Shown: positions 39,155-51,573 of the stretch, in pieces | Layout: the number at the start of each line of letters is the position of its first letter | Position numbering within the stretch: the stretch's first letter is position 1 | Notes under the pieces: generated by a model | Seen by the model: only the letters and a program-made list of their open reading frames with translations | Told to the model about the DNA's origin: nothing | The model's database searches: none | Origin: Candidatus Nealsonbacteria bacterium | GTDB taxonomy: Bacteria; Patescibacteriota; Minisyncoccia; Minisyncoccales; JANBVM01 | Length of the DNA stretch: 64,000 bases | Direction: 5' to 3' | NCBI GenBank assembly: GCA_026016225.1 | Contig: CP061210.1 | Location: 2,000-65,999 of the forward strand | Position numbers and translations under genes: made by a program

Positions 39155-42100
39155 TTATAACATTTCTTTACCAAAACCTGTACCTGCCGGTATTAACTTT
39201 CCAATAATCACATTTTCTTTGAGACCTAAAAGTTTATCTTCTTTCCCTTCAATTGCTGCCTTAATTAAAACCCGTGAGGTTTCCTGAAAGGAAGCGGCAG
39301 ATAAGAATGACTCTGTTGTTAAAGCCACCTTTGAAATTCCCAATAAAACTGGAGAGGCCGTAGCTAATTGAGAAGTTTTCTTCTTTAAGGATGCTAATTT
39401 TACCTTACTGTTTCTTTTTTTTATCTTAAGATTTTCTTCAGTAAGTCTTGCTTTTTCAATAATTTCACCCGGAATAAAAGGACTATCGCCGGAATCTTTG
39501 ACTTTCACTCTGGAAAACATCTGCCGAATAATAATCTCTAAGTGTTTATCATGGATTTGAACTCCTTGAGAAACATATATCTTTTGAATTTCCTTTATTA
39601 TATAATGCCATGTTTCTTCTTTATCTGTTAATTTAAACAACTTTTTTATATCCAAACTTCCTTCAGAAAGTTGTTGTCCCTTTTTAATAATTTCTCCTAA
39701 TTTTACCCAAATGGCTGATTGCGGAGGGATTTGATATTCCAGAATATCAGATTTTTTCTTGGATTTTTGACTTTTAATCTTTAACACTTTTTCTTGTGTA
39801 ATTTCCACTACTTTCCCATCGGTTAAAGAAATTACTGCCTCACCTTTTGGAATTCGAACCTCAAAAAGCTCCTGAATTCTCGGTAAACCAAAAGTAATAT
39901 CTATTCCTCCTGCTACTCCTCCCGTATGGAAGGTCCTCATTGTTAACTGGGTTCCCGGCTCGCCAATTGCCTGAGCAGCCACAATTCCAACCGCTTCTCC
40001 TAATTTAATTAATTTATTATTTCCCAAATCCCAACCGTAACATTTTTGACAAATCCCCCTAATACATTTACAGGATAAAGGAGAACGAATTTTTATTTTT
40101 TCAATTTTGGCCTCAATAATTTTTTTCCCTTTCTCCCAGTCAATAATTTCCCCTTTCTTGCAAATTACTTTTACACCGGCATCCTTCTTAGTCTTCACAT
40201 CTCCTAAACAAACCCTTCCTACAATTTTAAGAAGGAAATCCTGACCAATCTCGTCGGCATCCTCTCTTAAAATCTCAATCCCTGTCTTATCCTTACAATC
40301 TTCCTTTGAAACTATCACTTCGTGAGAAACATCAATTAACCTTCTGGTTAAATATCCTGCGCTGGAAGTTCTTAAGGCTTTATCTGCTGTTCCTTTCCTG
40401 GCTCCGTGAGTGGAGATAAAGTACTCAAGAACTGAAAGCCCCTCTTTATAGCAACTTTTCACCGGTAACTCAATAATTTCCCCTACCGGATTTATAACCA
40501 AACCTTTCATCCCACTCATTTGAACAGCCTGGGTCCACGAGCCTTTAGATCCTGCGTCAATCATTTGAAAGACGGAACCTCTTTTTGGCAATGTTTTTGG
40601 AACTTCTCTCTCTATCTCTAATTTCACCCTGCTCCAAATACTGATTATTTTAACCGATCTTTCTTCAGGAGAAAGAAGTCCTTTTTTGAAATAATTTTCA
40701 ACTTTTTCCTCTTCTTTTTGAGCTATGTCCAAAATTTTCTTTTTTTCTTCAGGTATAATTAAATCATCTACTCCCCAGGTAATACCAGCTAAAGTAGAAT
40801 ACTCAAATCCTAAATCTTTAATTTCATCAAGCGTAGCTTCGATAACATCTTTTGGATACTTCTCAATAATCTCTCCTAAAATCTTCTTTAAATCTTTTAT
40901 TTTAATTAGTCTGTTCTGAAAAGGAAAATCTGCGGGTAGAGCTTCGTTGAATAAAATTCTACCTGCAGAGGTCTCAATTAAGTGAGAAGATTTTTCTTTT
41001 TTGAGTTTTTGAACTTTATTTTTAAAGCCTTTAATGTTTACTTTTATTTTTGCCTTAGGACTAATTTTGCCAAGATTATATGACAAAACTGCTTCGTCTG
41101 GAGTTATAAAAGTTTTTCCCTCTCCTTTTTCGTTTTCCCATATATCGGTCAACCAATAACAGCCTAAAATAATATCTTGATTAATGCTAACAACGGGCAT
41201 TCCGTTAGCAGGTTTTAAAACATTTAAGCCAGACAACATTCGTTCTTTTACTTCTTTTTGTGCCATATCGGATAGAGGTACGTGAACAGCCATTTGGTCT
41301 CCATCAAAGTCAGCATTAAATGCATTACAAACCATTGGATGAATCCTAATTGCTTCTCCTTCAATTAGTATGGGGTAAAAAGCCTGAATACCTAATCTAT
41401 GCAGGGTGGGCGCTCGATTTAGTAAAATTAACTTTTCTTTTACCACTTCTTCTAAAGATTCCCAAACTTCATCAGTTTCATCATCAATTAATCTTGAAGC
41501 TCCTCTGACATTATAAGCAAGTTCTTTTTCCAAAAGTTTTTTAATAACAAATGGCTTAAAGAGTTCTAAGGCCATCTTTTTTGGTAAACCCACCTGATTA
41601 AATTTTAATTCAGGCCCCACCACTATTACTGACCTTCCAGAATAATCAACTCTCTTTCCTAAAAGATTTTGCCTGAATCTACCCTGTTTACCTTTAAGTA
41701 TATCAGCTAAAGACTTTAATAATCTTCTTCCTCCTGTTGTTGCCCGGGTGGTTGTTCCTCTCCTCATACCATTATCAATTAAAGAATCTACCGCTTCCTG
41801 TAACATCCTCTTTTCATTTCTAATGATTACCTCAGGAGCTCCGATTTCCAAAAGATACTTTAATCTATTATTTCGATTGATTACTCTTCTGTATAAATCG
41901 TTTAAATCAGAGGAGGCGTATCTTCCTCCATCCAATTGAACCATTGGCCGTAAACCAGAAGGTAAAACAGGTAGAACCGTCAAAAACATCCATTCGGGAC
42001 GAATGTTTGTTGAATCCATTATCTGAAAAAGTTTTAATCTTCTTAGAGTTTTTTTTCTTTTCTGACCGCTAACTTGCTCTAATTCTTTTTTTAGCTTTTT

Positions 42101-42820
42101 GATTTCTTTTTTCAGGTCAATCTTCTCAAATATTCTTCTTAAACTCTCAGCTCCTGTTCCTGCTTCAAAAACTTCTCCATATTTCAAAGAGAAATCACGA
42201 TATTTAACCTCAGATAAAATTTTTAAAGGTTCAATTGATAAAACATTTCCTTTTGCCTTGTTTCTTGCTATTCTCAATGCTTGAAGGTCAGATTTTAATA
42301 ATTTAGTTCCTTTTCTTTTTTCTTTAAGCTCAGATTTTAATTTTTTTTCTTTCCTTTTGTACTCTTTATTAATACTTTCCAAAACATCTCTCTTTGCTTC
42401 CTTATTCACACTGGTCACAATATAAGAGGAAAAATAAATTACCCTTTCTAATTGCTGCATTGAAATATCCAAAAACATTCCCATTCTTGATGGAATACCT
42501 TTTAAAAACCATATATGTGAGACAGGAGCGGCTAACTTAATATGACCCATTCTTTTTCTCCGTACAGATGACTTTGTTACTTCCACTCCGCATCTATCAC
42601 AAACTATACCTTTGTAGCGAATTCTTTTATACTTGCCGCAATAACACTGATAGTCTCTTTCTGGTCCAAATATTTTTTGGCAAAAAAGTCCATCCTTTTC
42701 AGCTCTTTGAGTTCGATAGTTAATAGTTTCCGGTTTAGTAACCTCACCGTAGCTCCATGATAAAATCTCCTCTGGCGAGGCTATTTTTATTCTGATTGCT
42801 TCTAAGTTTTCTACTCTCAT
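39155..42820 (-). CDS. rpoC: DNA-directed RNA polymerase subunit beta'
   Basis: 1221 aa. NADFDGD catalytic motif and zinc-binding Cys clusters. Confidence 0.97.
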   Translation of the reverse strand: MRVENLEAIRIKIASPEEILSWSYGEVTKPETINYRTQRAEKDGLFCQKIFGPERDYQCYCGKYKRIRYKGIVCDRCGVEVTKSSVRRKRMGHIKLAAPVSHIWFLKGIPSRMGMFLDISMQQLERVIYFSSYIVTSVNKEAKRDVLESINKEYKRKEKKLKSELKEKRKGTKLLKSDLQALRIARNKAKGNVLSIEPLKILSEVKYRDFSLKYGEVFEAGTGAESLRRIFEKIDLKKEIKKLKKELEQVSGQKRKKTLRRLKLFQIMDSTNIRPEWMFLTVLPVLPSGLRPMVQLDGGRYASSDLNDLYRRVINRNNRLKYLLEIGAPEVIIRNEKRMLQEAVDSLIDNGMRRGTTTRATTGGRRLLKSLADILKGKQGRFRQNLLGKRVDYSGRSVIVVGPELKFNQVGLPKKMALELFKPFVIKKLLEKELAYNVRGASRLIDDETDEVWESLEEVVKEKLILLNRAPTLHRLGIQAFYPILIEGEAIRIHPMVCNAFNADFDGDQMAVHVPLSDMAQKEVKERMLSGLNVLKPANGMPVVSINQDIILGCYWLTDIWENEKGEGKTFITPDEAVLSYNLGKISPKAKIKVNIKGFKNKVQKLKKEKSSHLIETSAGRILFNEALPADFPFQNRLIKIKDLKKILGEIIEKYPKDVIEATLDEIKDLGFEYSTLAGITWGVDDLIIPEEKKKILDIAQKEEEKVENYFKKGLLSPEERSVKIISIWSRVKLEIEREVPKTLPKRGSVFQMIDAGSKGSWTQAVQMSGMKGLVINPVGEIIELPVKSCYKEGLSVLEYFISTHGARKGTADKALRTSSAGYLTRRLIDVSHEVIVSKEDCKDKTGIEILREDADEIGQDFLLKIVGRVCLGDVKTKKDAGVKVICKKGEIIDWEKGKKIIEAKIEKIKIRSPLSCKCIRGICQKCYGWDLGNNKLIKLGEAVGIVAAQAIGEPGTQLTMRTFHTGGVAGGIDITFGLPRIQELFEVRIPKGEAVISLTDGKVVEITQEKVLKIKSQKSKKKSDILEYQIPPQSAIWVKLGEIIKKGQQLSEGSLDIKKLFKLTDKEETWHYIIKEIQKIYVSQGVQIHDKHLEIIIRQMFSRVKVKDSGDSPFIPGEIIEKARLTEENLKIKKRNSKVKLASLKKKTSQLATASPVLLGISKVALTTESFLSAASFQETSRVLIKAAIEGKEDKLLGLKENVIIGKLIPAGTGFGKEML

Positions 42821-42863
42821 AATTAAAGTTAGATTGTTAGAAATATTAGGTAGGCCTGCTCGC

Positions 42864-45800
42864 TTATTTTCTTTCTTCTTTTTCTTTCTCTTTCACTTCC
42901 ACATTCAATCCTAATGCCTTTAATTCGTTAACTAAAAGGTCAAAGGAGGCTGGAATATTAGGTGCTTTTATTTCTTCTCCTTTCAAGATTGACTCATAGG
43001 TTGATGCTCTTCCTAAAACATCATCAGATTTTATAGTTAACATTTCCTGGAGTGTATGAGCTGCGCCATATCCCTCTAAAGCCCAAACCTCCATCTCACC
43101 AAATCTCTGTCCACCGAACTGGGCTTTCCCTCCCAATGGTTGCTGGGTAATTAAAGAGTAAGGACCAATAGAGCGCATATGAATTTTATCTTCAACCATG
43201 TGAATTAACTTCATCATATATATAAAACCTACGGTAATCTTTTCCGAAAAAGGAAAACCTGTTCTCCCGTCGAAAAGTTGAATTTTTCCTCCTTCGGGAA
43301 ATCCTGCTTCTTTAAGTTCTTTCTTTATATCTTCTCCAGTCGCTCCAGAAAGCGCAGGAGTAATAGCATAATATCCAAGGTTTTTAGCCGCCAAACCCAA
43401 GTGGGTTTCCAGAACCTGACCTAAATTCATTCTCGAAACTACGCTTAAAGGACTAATAATAATGTCTATGGGAGTACCATCTGCTAAAAAGGGCATCTCT
43501 TCTATTGGTAATACTTTTGAAATTACACCTTTATTTCCATGTCTGCCCGCTAACTTATCTCCTGCTTGAACTTTTCTAATATGTGCTACTTCAACTTCAA
43601 CTCTCTTTATAACTCCGGGTTCAAGTTTGTCTCCTAACTCCCTGGAAAAAACTTTAACTCCCACAATCCTGCCTCTCTTTCCATGTTCCATTCTTAATGA
43701 ACTATCTTTTACTTCTTTTGCCTTTTCTCCAAAAATTGCTTTTAACAATCTTTCTTCCGGTGTTAGCTCTTCTTTACCTTTTGGAGAAATCTTCCCAACT
43801 AAAATATCGTTTGGTCCAACCTCTGCTCCAATTCGAATCACTCCTTCTTCATCCAAATCTTTCAGTTTTTCTTCGGAAACATTAGGAATATCACCTGTCG
43901 TTATTTCAGGTCCTAATTTAGTTTCTCTAACATCACAGCTAAAACTCTCAATATGAATTGAAGTGTAAGCATCATCTTTTACAAGTCTTTCTGAAATTAA
44001 AATAGCATCTTCAAAATTTCCTCCCCGCCAGGGCATAAAAGCCACTAAAATATTTTGACCTAAAGATAAATATCCCTTTGAAATCGCACCACCTTCGGTC
44101 AGAAGTTGCCCTTTCTTTATCTTTTGACCTTTTTTTACTATCGGCTTTTGGTGAAAACAAGTATATTGATTTGTTCTAACAAAAGTTTTCAGCTCAAAAT
44201 TTAAGATTTTAGATTTTGAAGTTTTGACTTTAATATGGTCAGCATCAACCTCAATAACTTTTCCGCTCTCCTGACTAATAACTGCTTGTCCTGAATCCTC
44301 AGCAACTCTTTTTTCCAATCCCGTCATTACCAAAGGGGGTTCTGGATTAATGAGAGGAACTGATTGTCGTTGCATGTTTGAACCCATAAGAGCTCTGTTA
44401 GCATCGTCGTTTTGTAAAAAGGGAATTAGAGAAGTAGCAATAGAAATTGGTTGTTCCGGAGAAACATCGATAAAATCTAACTCCTTTTTATCAATTATGT
44501 CTGGTTTCCCTTTTACTCTAGCCTCTACGTTTTTAGATATAATATTGCCTTTTTTATCAATAGGTATTACTCCTGAGGCAATATTGTATTTTTCCTCCTC
44601 ATAAGCATTAAAATATCTAACATTAGAGGTTATTTTCCCCTTTTCAACTTTAATATAGGGGGTTTCTAAAAAACCATAAGAGTTAATTCTGGCAAAACTA
44701 GCTAAGTGATTTACCAACCCAATATTTGATCCCTCTGGGCTTTGAATTGGACAAATTCTCCCATAGTGAGAAGGCTGAACATCTCTCACCTCAAAACCGG
44801 CTCTCTCTCTTGTTAAACCGCCAGGACCTGTAGCCGATAATCTCCTTTTGTGTTCTAATTCAGCTAAGGGATTTTGATTATCCATGAATTGGGACATTTG
44901 GCTTGACATAAAAAATTGCTTCACTATCACCATTACTGGTTTTGGATTAATTAACTGGCTTGGGGTTAAAACATGAACATCTAATGTTGACATTCTATCT
45001 CTAACAATCCTTTCCATTCTCATAAACCCTACTCTCAGCCTATTAACCAGCAACTCTGTGAAAGGTCTTACTCTTCTATTCCCCAAATGGTCAATCTGGT
45101 CAGGTTTTGCCTCGGGATTATTGCTCAGTCTAATAATTTCTCTCAATACTGCTATAACATCCTCCGGTTTTAAAACTCTGTCTGAAATTGTTATTTCTTC
45201 ATTTAAGTTTTGAGTTTTATCTTTTTTCTTCGAACTAATCTTTGTTTTTAATTCTGGTAATCTCGACCACATCCTCCATCTTCCAACTTTTGACAAATCA
45301 TATCTTTCAAAATTAAAAAACATATTTTCTATTAATTCCTTGGCAGTATCAGGAGTAACCATATCTCCAGGCCTCAACCTCTGGTAAATCTCAACTAAAG
45401 CTTCTGCCTGGTTATGAGTCAGGTCTCTTTTTAAGGTCTCTTTAATATGGTCAACTTCTCCCTTATTGACGTCTTGAAACTTCTCTTTAATTGACAGGTC
45501 ATTATCAATACCAAAAGCTCTTAGAAGTGTTGTGGCAGCCACCTTTCTTTTCCTATCAATCTTTACCCCTATTGCTCCTGAAGAATCTGTTTCGAATTCT
45601 AACCAGGATCCTCTGTTGGGAATAATTTTTGCCCCAAAACAATTCCTTCCCGAAAGTCTCCTCCTGGTGAAAAATGCTCCTGGAGAACGAATTAATTGAG
45701 AAATAACTACTCTTTCAACTCCATTAACAACAAAAGTTCCCCTTTCGGTTTGTAAGGGGAAGTCACACAAAAATACTTCTTGCTCTTTTATGTCTTTAGT

Positions 45801-46088
45801 TTTTAGATTAACAAGTCTTGTTTTAATAATCAGGGGTGCTTCATATGAATCGTTATTCTTTTTTGCCTCAAAGTCTGATTTATATTTCGGTTCCTTCAAT
45901 TTATAATCCAAAAACCAAAGCTCAAATTCTTTTTTAGTATAATCTCGAATAGGAGAAATTTCTTGAAATAATTGTTTCAATTCTTTATCGCAAAAACTTC
46001 GCCAGCTCTCTTTTTGCAGGCTTAATAAATAAGGTAATGGTAAATGGATTTTGGACTTGGCAAAGTTCTTTATTCTTGTTCTTTGCAT
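42864..46088 (-). CDS. rpoB: DNA-directed RNA polymerase subunit beta
   Basis: 1074 aa with canonical conserved regions ([23 protein letters not shown]). Confidence 0.97.
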   Translation of the reverse strand: MQRTRIKNFAKSKIHLPLPYLLSLQKESWRSFCDKELKQLFQEISPIRDYTKKEFELWFLDYKLKEPKYKSDFEAKKNNDSYEAPLIIKTRLVNLKTKDIKEQEVFLCDFPLQTERGTFVVNGVERVVISQLIRSPGAFFTRRRLSGRNCFGAKIIPNRGSWLEFETDSSGAIGVKIDRKRKVAATTLLRAFGIDNDLSIKEKFQDVNKGEVDHIKETLKRDLTHNQAEALVEIYQRLRPGDMVTPDTAKELIENMFFNFERYDLSKVGRWRMWSRLPELKTKISSKKKDKTQNLNEEITISDRVLKPEDVIAVLREIIRLSNNPEAKPDQIDHLGNRRVRPFTELLVNRLRVGFMRMERIVRDRMSTLDVHVLTPSQLINPKPVMVIVKQFFMSSQMSQFMDNQNPLAELEHKRRLSATGPGGLTRERAGFEVRDVQPSHYGRICPIQSPEGSNIGLVNHLASFARINSYGFLETPYIKVEKGKITSNVRYFNAYEEEKYNIASGVIPIDKKGNIISKNVEARVKGKPDIIDKKELDFIDVSPEQPISIATSLIPFLQNDDANRALMGSNMQRQSVPLINPEPPLVMTGLEKRVAEDSGQAVISQESGKVIEVDADHIKVKTSKSKILNFELKTFVRTNQYTCFHQKPIVKKGQKIKKGQLLTEGGAISKGYLSLGQNILVAFMPWRGGNFEDAILISERLVKDDAYTSIHIESFSCDVRETKLGPEITTGDIPNVSEEKLKDLDEEGVIRIGAEVGPNDILVGKISPKGKEELTPEERLLKAIFGEKAKEVKDSSLRMEHGKRGRIVGVKVFSRELGDKLEPGVIKRVEVEVAHIRKVQAGDKLAGRHGNKGVISKVLPIEEMPFLADGTPIDIIISPLSVVSRMNLGQVLETHLGLAAKNLGYYAITPALSGATGEDIKKELKEAGFPEGGKIQLFDGRTGFPFSEKITVGFIYMMKLIHMVEDKIHMRSIGPYSLITQQPLGGKAQFGGQRFGEMEVWALEGYGAAHTLQEMLTIKSDDVLGRASTYESILKGEEIKAPNIPASFDLLVNELKALGLNVEVKEKEKEERK

Positions 46089-46269
46089 AATATTAATTAT
46101 AATTAAATAGCGAAAAATACCCCCAACGCTATTGGGGTATTTTTTGCTCCCGTAATTTATTTATCAGAAAATAAGCAAAGACTTAACAACCAAAATTAAC
46201 TATATAAATTATTTTAATCTTATTTAAAAATTTGTCAACCCCTATCTGAATCTGGACAACTAAGGGAGC

Positions 46270-47367
46270 CTAAGGGTTAGCTTTCATACTCTGAAGCATC
46301 CCTAACCCGATAAAAGTGGCAATTAAGCTCGAACCCCCATAGCTTATTAATGGTAAAGAAATTCCAATTATAGGAAGAAGACCGATATTCATACCAATAT
46401 GAATAAAGATTTGTGAAAGTAAAAGAATAGCAAAACCTGCGGCAAAAAGACGGCAAAAATTTGAGTTACTAAAAACAGCAATTTTCAAAATACGCCAGAT
46501 TAAAACAACAAATAATAAAAGTAAAATTCCGACTCCAATCAGCCCCATTTCTTCTGCTATAACAGAGAAGATAAAATCAGTCTTTGGTTCGGGTAAGAAT
46601 CCGTATTGAGATTGAGAACCTTTACCTATTCCTTGTCCATAGATTCCGCCAGAACCTATGGCAATCTTTGCCTGTCTCTGGCTCCACCCCACTTCAAGTG
46701 GGTCGGATATTTGAGGTCTAATAAAACTCAAAATCCTCTCTTTCTGGTAATCTTTTAAAATGGTTGACCAACTTAAAATTAAAATTAAAACTCCCAACAA
46801 AAGCAATGCTAAAAAATGGCGCAATTTAATTCCTGAAATAATCAAAATTCCCATCCATAAACTCAGTAAAATTAAAACAGAACCTAAATCAGGTTGAAAA
46901 AAAATTAAAAGAGCGGGGGAAAAAACATAGAAACCTGAAATTAAGATATGAATTACCCTGTACATTTCAACATGTCTCCTTGAAAAGTATTTTGCCAACA
47001 AAACAATTAAAACAATTTTTGTAAATTCTATCGGGTCAAAAGAAACAGGACCTATTTTATACCAGGACCTAACTCCCCTTATTTCAGGGGCAAAAAAGAA
47101 TAAACCTCCTAACAAAACGAGGCATAAAAAATAAAGAATCAAAATTAAATAAGGGTCTTCTAAAAGCAAACGCCAATCAAAAAAACTAATTATGAGCATC
47201 AAAAAAAATCCTATTCCTAAAAAGACAATTTGTTTTTTAAAAGCGAAAAAATCTTTCCTGCCGATTGAAGAACTATATATTGCTAAAAGACCAATACTTA
47301 TTAAAAGTAAAGCAAAAATAATTAAGGTCCAATCCAATTTTTTACTGTGAATTAAAATCCCTCTCAT
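46270..47367 (-). CDS. SEDS-family peptidoglycan polymerase (FtsW/RodA)
   Basis: 365 aa, ~10 TM. EPKTDFIFSVIAEEMG and ISYGGSS motifs. 4-nt overlap with ligA. Confidence 0.9.
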   Translation of the reverse strand: MRGILIHSKKLDWTLIIFALLLISIGLLAIYSSSIGRKDFFAFKKQIVFLGIGFFLMLIISFFDWRLLLEDPYLILILYFLCLVLLGGLFFFAPEIRGVRSWYKIGPVSFDPIEFTKIVLIVLLAKYFSRRHVEMYRVIHILISGFYVFSPALLIFFQPDLGSVLILLSLWMGILIISGIKLRHFLALLLLGVLILILSWSTILKDYQKERILSFIRPQISDPLEVGWSQRQAKIAIGSGGIYGQGIGKGSQSQYGFLPEPKTDFIFSVIAEEMGLIGVGILLLLFVVLIWRILKIAVFSNSNFCRLFAAGFAILLLSQIFIHIGMNIGLLPIIGISLPLISYGGSSLIATFIGLGMLQSMKANP

Positions 47368-49412
47368 TGAATTAGTTTTAAAAATTCCTGTTCCCCTATT
47401 CTCTTTATGCCAAATTTTTTGACTTCTTTAAGTTTCGAGCCAGGCTTTTCGCCAACAATTACATAATCTATCTTTTCCGATACTGATTCGGAAATCTCTC
47501 CGCCAAGTTCTCTTATTCTTTTTTTCGCTTCATCCCTGGTTAAAGTTTCTAAGGCTCCGGTTAAAACAAAAGTTCTTCCTCTTAAGGGTTGGTATTTAGT
47601 TCTTTCCTTCCTTCCAATTTTCACTCCAGCTTTTTTCAGTTTTTTTAATAATTCTAAATTTCTTTTTTTGTGAAAAAAATCATAAATTGAATCAGCCACT
47701 GCAAAACCAATGTCTCTTATTCTTTCCAAATCAGAAGGAGAAGCTTTTTTTAAATTTTCTATGGAACCGAATTTCTTAGCTAAAAGATAGGCTGTTTTCT
47801 CGCCAACATTTCTAATTCCCAAAGCAAAAATAAATTTAGGAAGAGTAATTTCTTTTTTTGATTGTATGGCTGTAATTAAATTTTTGGCAGATTTTTCAGC
47901 AAATCTTTCTAAGAGTGAAATATCACCTTCTTTTAAATTAAATAAATCAGCCGGGTCAGAAACCAAACCTTCTTCAATTAGTTTATTAATAATTTTTGGT
48001 CCCAAACCTACGACATCAAAAGCTCCTTTTGAGATAAAATGATAAAAATATTTCCTTCTTCTCGCAAAGCATTTTGGATTTAGACAACGCCAAACAACTT
48101 CTTTTTCCGGTTTTACTAATTTTGTTTGGCAGGAAGGACAAAATCTCGGCATTTTAAATTTTTCCTCTTTCCCTGTTCTCAGCTTTGGTAAAACTTTAGA
48201 TACAGAAGGTATTACGTCTCCTGCTCTTTCTACAATAACCGTATCTCCGATTCTAACCCCCAATTTCTTTATTTCGTCTTCGTTGTGTAAAGTAGCTCGG
48301 GAAATCACTACCCCATCAATCTCTACCGGTTTCAAGACGGCTACCGGAGTTACAGCTCCGGTTCTTCCAATTTGTAATTTTATGTCTTTAATAATAGTTG
48401 CCGCTTGTTTTGACGGGAATTTAAAAGCCCTTATACCTTTTGGACTTTTTCCAACTACGCCAAGTTTATCAAATAATTGATTGTTATCAACGCTTAGCAC
48501 AACACCATCAATCTGAAAAGGGAAATTTTCTCTTTTCTCACTTGTCTCTGCATAATAATTTATAACTTCTGTTAGATTTTTACATTCTTTACCGAGGTCG
48601 GTTTTAAAACCTAACATAGATAAAATCTTGTGTTCCTGAGAATGTTTCTTTTGACCTAAGTTTGTAATTATATCATAGGCAAAAAATTTTAAAGGGCGGG
48701 AACCAGCTATTGTTGGGTCTAACTGCCGTATTGACCCCGCAGCCAGATTTCTTGGATTAGCAAAGGTTTTTTCTCCCCTTTTTTGCATTTTTTTGTTTAG
48801 TTTTTCAAAATCTCTTTTTTCCATATAAACCTCACCCCGAATTTCAATCATTCCCCAATTAATTAATCTCTCAATATTGTTCTTTGTTTCTTTTGATAAA
48901 TTAAAATCAAAATCTGGTAAAGAGTGAATTCTTATTTTTAAAGGAATACTTTCAATTGTTTTAAGATTCTGAGTAACATCCTCACCAACCTTACCGTTTC
49001 CTCTCGTGGCACCACGTTCCAAAATACCATTTTTGTAAAGCAAAGTAATGGCAAAACCATCAATTTTTAACTCTGCAAACCATTCAAATTTTTGAGAAGG
49101 AATTAATCTTTTTAAGTAATCTTCCCATTCTTGCAATTCTTTTTCAGAAAAAATATCCTCTATTGAAAGCATGGGAACTTTATGTTCTACTTTTTTAAAA
49201 CCCTTTAAGGGACGACCTGCCACTCTTTGAGTAGGTGAGTCAGGACTGATAAATTCCGGGAATTGCTGTTCTAATTTGTAAAGTTCGTGTTTTAAAGAAT
49301 CTAAAGCAGGAGCTGAAATCTCTTGTTTATTCAAAACGTGATATAAATAACGGTGATAATTTATCACCTTTTTAAGTTTTTCTATTCTTTTTTTAACTTC
49401 CTTTTTTTTCAT
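47364..49412 (-). CDS. ligA: NAD-dependent DNA ligase
   Basis: 682 aa. Adenylation KIDG, Zn finger CPSCQTKL...C, HhH and BRCT domains. Confidence 0.95.
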   Translation of the reverse strand: MKKKEVKKRIEKLKKVINYHRYLYHVLNKQEISAPALDSLKHELYKLEQQFPEFISPDSPTQRVAGRPLKGFKKVEHKVPMLSIEDIFSEKELQEWEDYLKRLIPSQKFEWFAELKIDGFAITLLYKNGILERGATRGNGKVGEDVTQNLKTIESIPLKIRIHSLPDFDFNLSKETKNNIERLINWGMIEIRGEVYMEKRDFEKLNKKMQKRGEKTFANPRNLAAGSIRQLDPTIAGSRPLKFFAYDIITNLGQKKHSQEHKILSMLGFKTDLGKECKNLTEVINYYAETSEKRENFPFQIDGVVLSVDNNQLFDKLGVVGKSPKGIRAFKFPSKQAATIIKDIKLQIGRTGAVTPVAVLKPVEIDGVVISRATLHNEDEIKKLGVRIGDTVIVERAGDVIPSVSKVLPKLRTGKEEKFKMPRFCPSCQTKLVKPEKEVVWRCLNPKCFARRRKYFYHFISKGAFDVVGLGPKIINKLIEEGLVSDPADLFNLKEGDISLLERFAEKSAKNLITAIQSKKEITLPKFIFALGIRNVGEKTAYLLAKKFGSIENLKKASPSDLERIRDIGFAVADSIYDFFHKKRNLELLKKLKKAGVKIGRKERTKYQPLRGRTFVLTGALETLTRDEAKKRIRELGGEISESVSEKIDYVIVGEKPGSKLKEVKKFGIKRIGEQEFLKLIQ

Positions 49413-49417
49413 AAAAA

Positions 49418-49448
49418 AAACAGGAGGGACAGGAGAGGGACTGTCCCT
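49418..49448 (-). terminator. intrinsic terminator closing the pilin-like operon
   Basis: Minus sense GGGACAG-tccctctc-CTGTCCC followed by TCCTGTTTTTTTT, just before the ligA start. Confidence 0.6.
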
Positions 49449-49454
49449 TATTGT

Positions 49455-49820
49455 TTAATACCGAGTCTCAATAGCTCTTTTTGTATTTTCATAAGAACCA
49501 ATTGACGTAATAGTAGTAATATCATTAGTATGAAATTCTACGTCATAACTTGCATCATTCACAAAAACTGTAGAAGTAGTATAGCCGTCAGATAAGCCAA
49601 TGCTTCTATCTTCATATAACACCACTTCAATTCCGGCATCAGCAGCATAAAAAGCGATAACTGAATACCCGATTTCTCTCATTATCTTAACCTGCCGAAT
49701 AAGAATAGTACTTATTCCCATGCTGATAGCTAAAAGAAAACTCAGTATAAAAACAGCTAACATAATTGAAACTCCCCTTTGAGAGTTGGAATATAGTTTG
49801 AATAATGCCTTAAATCCCAT
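49455..49820 (-). CDS. PilX-like minor pilin / pilus-associated protein
   Basis: 121 aa. The N-terminus SQRGVSIMLAVFILSFLLAISMG resembles the PilX_N hydrophobic segment. Confidence 0.55.
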   Translation of the reverse strand: MGFKALFKLYSNSQRGVSIMLAVFILSFLLAISMGISTILIRQVKIMREIGYSVIAFYAADAGIEVVLYEDRSIGLSDGYTTSTVFVNDASYDVEFHTNDITTITSIGSYENTKRAIETRY

Positions 49821-49844
49821 AATTTTTAATTTACTATCTGCTAT

Positions 49845-50411
49845 TTATTTTTCTATATCTAAATTTCTTTGAGAAACCGTAGTCTGAATTCTTATTTTGG
49901 GAAGACCCGATGCGCCTTTCTTACCTATTTCTAAAAGCATTGTTATTCGCGGCTGAAGATTGTCTTCTTGTGTTTCTCCGGAAGGCTGGAATTTAAATTG
50001 AGTAATTTCTAAATCATCCGGGGTCAAGGGAAGACCAGCTGCTCCATCTCTTGATTCTTTAAGTTGATTATCTTCTGTATCCCAATAGAATTCCTGACAA
50101 ACAGGGGGGTCTTCGTAATTCTCAAATTTTATTCCTTTTCCTACTTTAGTAATCTCGTAATTTGTCTTAGCACTTATACAGCTACCATCTATATCTTTTC
50201 TTGCCATTCTTAAAGCGCGACTAATATATTCCACAAAATAGGAAGTATTATCAATAGTCTCCCGTAAAGCTAAAGCTCTATGTTGACTTCTTAAGGAAGA
50301 AATAAAAAAACCTGTAGGAACTGAAATTACAGTAGAGAATATGGCGACAGCTACTAAAACCTCAATTAGAGTATATCCCCATTTCTTGTTTATGGTTTCT
50401 CTATTGCTCAT
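49845..50411 (-). CDS. type IV pilin-like protein (PilW-like), prepilin N-terminal cleavage/methylation motif
   Basis: 188 aa. KKWG|YTLIEVLVAVAIFS. Confidence 0.75.
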   Translation of the reverse strand: MSNRETINKKWGYTLIEVLVAVAIFSTVISVPTGFFISSLRSQHRALALRETIDNTSYFVEYISRALRMARKDIDGSCISAKTNYEITKVGKGIKFENYEDPPVCQEFYWDTEDNQLKESRDGAAGLPLTPDDLEITQFKFQPSGETQEDNLQPRITMLLEIGKKGASGLPKIRIQTTVSQRNLDIEK

Positions 50412-50931
50412 ACCAATTTGTTATATATTCTAAAGCTGTAAAAGTATGAGTTCTACCTCTTTCTTCCCAAGTAATTTCAACTATAACTTTTCTTTTATTG
50501 GTGTCTGGATTTAGCGGATCAACCTCAGCAATTGTAATTTTTCTGATAAATTTTGTTTGAACATCGGAGACTTCATAACCATAAAAGTTATCTGTTTGAA
50601 TATATAAAGGAGTACCACTATAACTTGTCAACGTCTGACTATCATAATCAGCCTCCCACTCACCCACACCTAAATACACATCCCAACTGAGGGAAGGATT
50701 AGTTCTCTTTTCCAACCAAGTACTGTCTCTTATATTTCTGACTATTTCAATTCCTTCTTGAGCTAAATAAGAAGCAATTGCTTTTTGTTCAACTATGGAG
50801 GACGCGGAAAGGGTCTGACTCATCAAAGAAAAAGAAGCTCCCACTCCGATAGTTAAAATAAAGATTGCCGTAATTACTTCTAATATTGTAAATGCCGCAT
50901 CACTTTTAAAAATTTCTTTTATTTTTTTCAC
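50401..50931 (-). CDS. type IV pilin-like protein (PilV-like)
   Basis: 176 aa. SDAA|FTILEVITAIFILTIG. Confidence 0.75.
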   Translation of the reverse strand: MKKIKEIFKSDAAFTILEVITAIFILTIGVGASFSLMSQTLSASSIVEQKAIASYLAQEGIEIVRNIRDSTWLEKRTNPSLSWDVYLGVGEWEADYDSQTLTSYSGTPLYIQTDNFYGYEVSDVQTKFIRKITIAEVDPLNPDTNKRKVIVEITWEERGRTHTFTALEYITNWYEQ

Positions 50932-50988
50932 TTTTCTATAATGTTTTAATGTTTAGATGTTTCTATGCTTTTATGTTTAAATGAATTC

Positions 50989-51540
50989 TCAATCAATATC
51001 AATTAAACCAACATTATTTATAGTAATGGTTTTAGTTTCTGAGGAATCAGATTCCAAAGCAAGAGTAATTATTACCGAATTTATCTCCCCTCCTAATTCT
51101 TGATATTTTATCGTTATTTTTGGGTCAGGAGGTTTATAATTCACTGAAACCAAGTAAGAGGATGTATTTATATCCTCTATAACTACTCCTTCTTCTAACT
51201 CAATAGTTTCTATAATAGTATCTGATGAAGAAGTATAGAACTCATCTCCTTCTGCAGGGTCAGTATCAGCATATATGATGTATTGATTGTTTGAACTTTT
51301 ATCAAGAAAAATTCCGTAGTTAGGTGGTATTCCTCCTCCACATTCCGGACATTCTCTTGCTGACATTGCCATTTCTTGAGCCCTTCTTACGTCCTGGGCT
51401 AATTGATGAGCTGCTGTTCTGAGAGTAAATTTTTTTTGACTCTCTCTCTGGTTAACCATAACAAGTGAAGTCATGGTAACGACAATAAAAACAACAGTTA
51501 AAATTTCAAGCAATGTAAACCCCGCACTACTTTTACTCAT
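50989..51540 (-). CDS. type IV pilin-like protein (GspH/FimT-like)
   Basis: 183 aa. SSAG|FTLLEILTVVFIVV, then AAHQLAQDVRRAQEMA. Confidence 0.75.
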   Translation of the reverse strand: MSKSSAGFTLLEILTVVFIVVTMTSLVMVNQRESQKKFTLRTAAHQLAQDVRRAQEMAMSARECPECGGGIPPNYGIFLDKSSNNQYIIYADTDPAEGDEFYTSSSDTIIETIELEEGVVIEDINTSSYLVSVNYKPPDPKITIKYQELGGEINSVIITLALESDSSETKTITINNVGLIDID

Positions 51541-51573
51541 ATTGGAAATTAGTTATTAGAAATTTGAAAATGG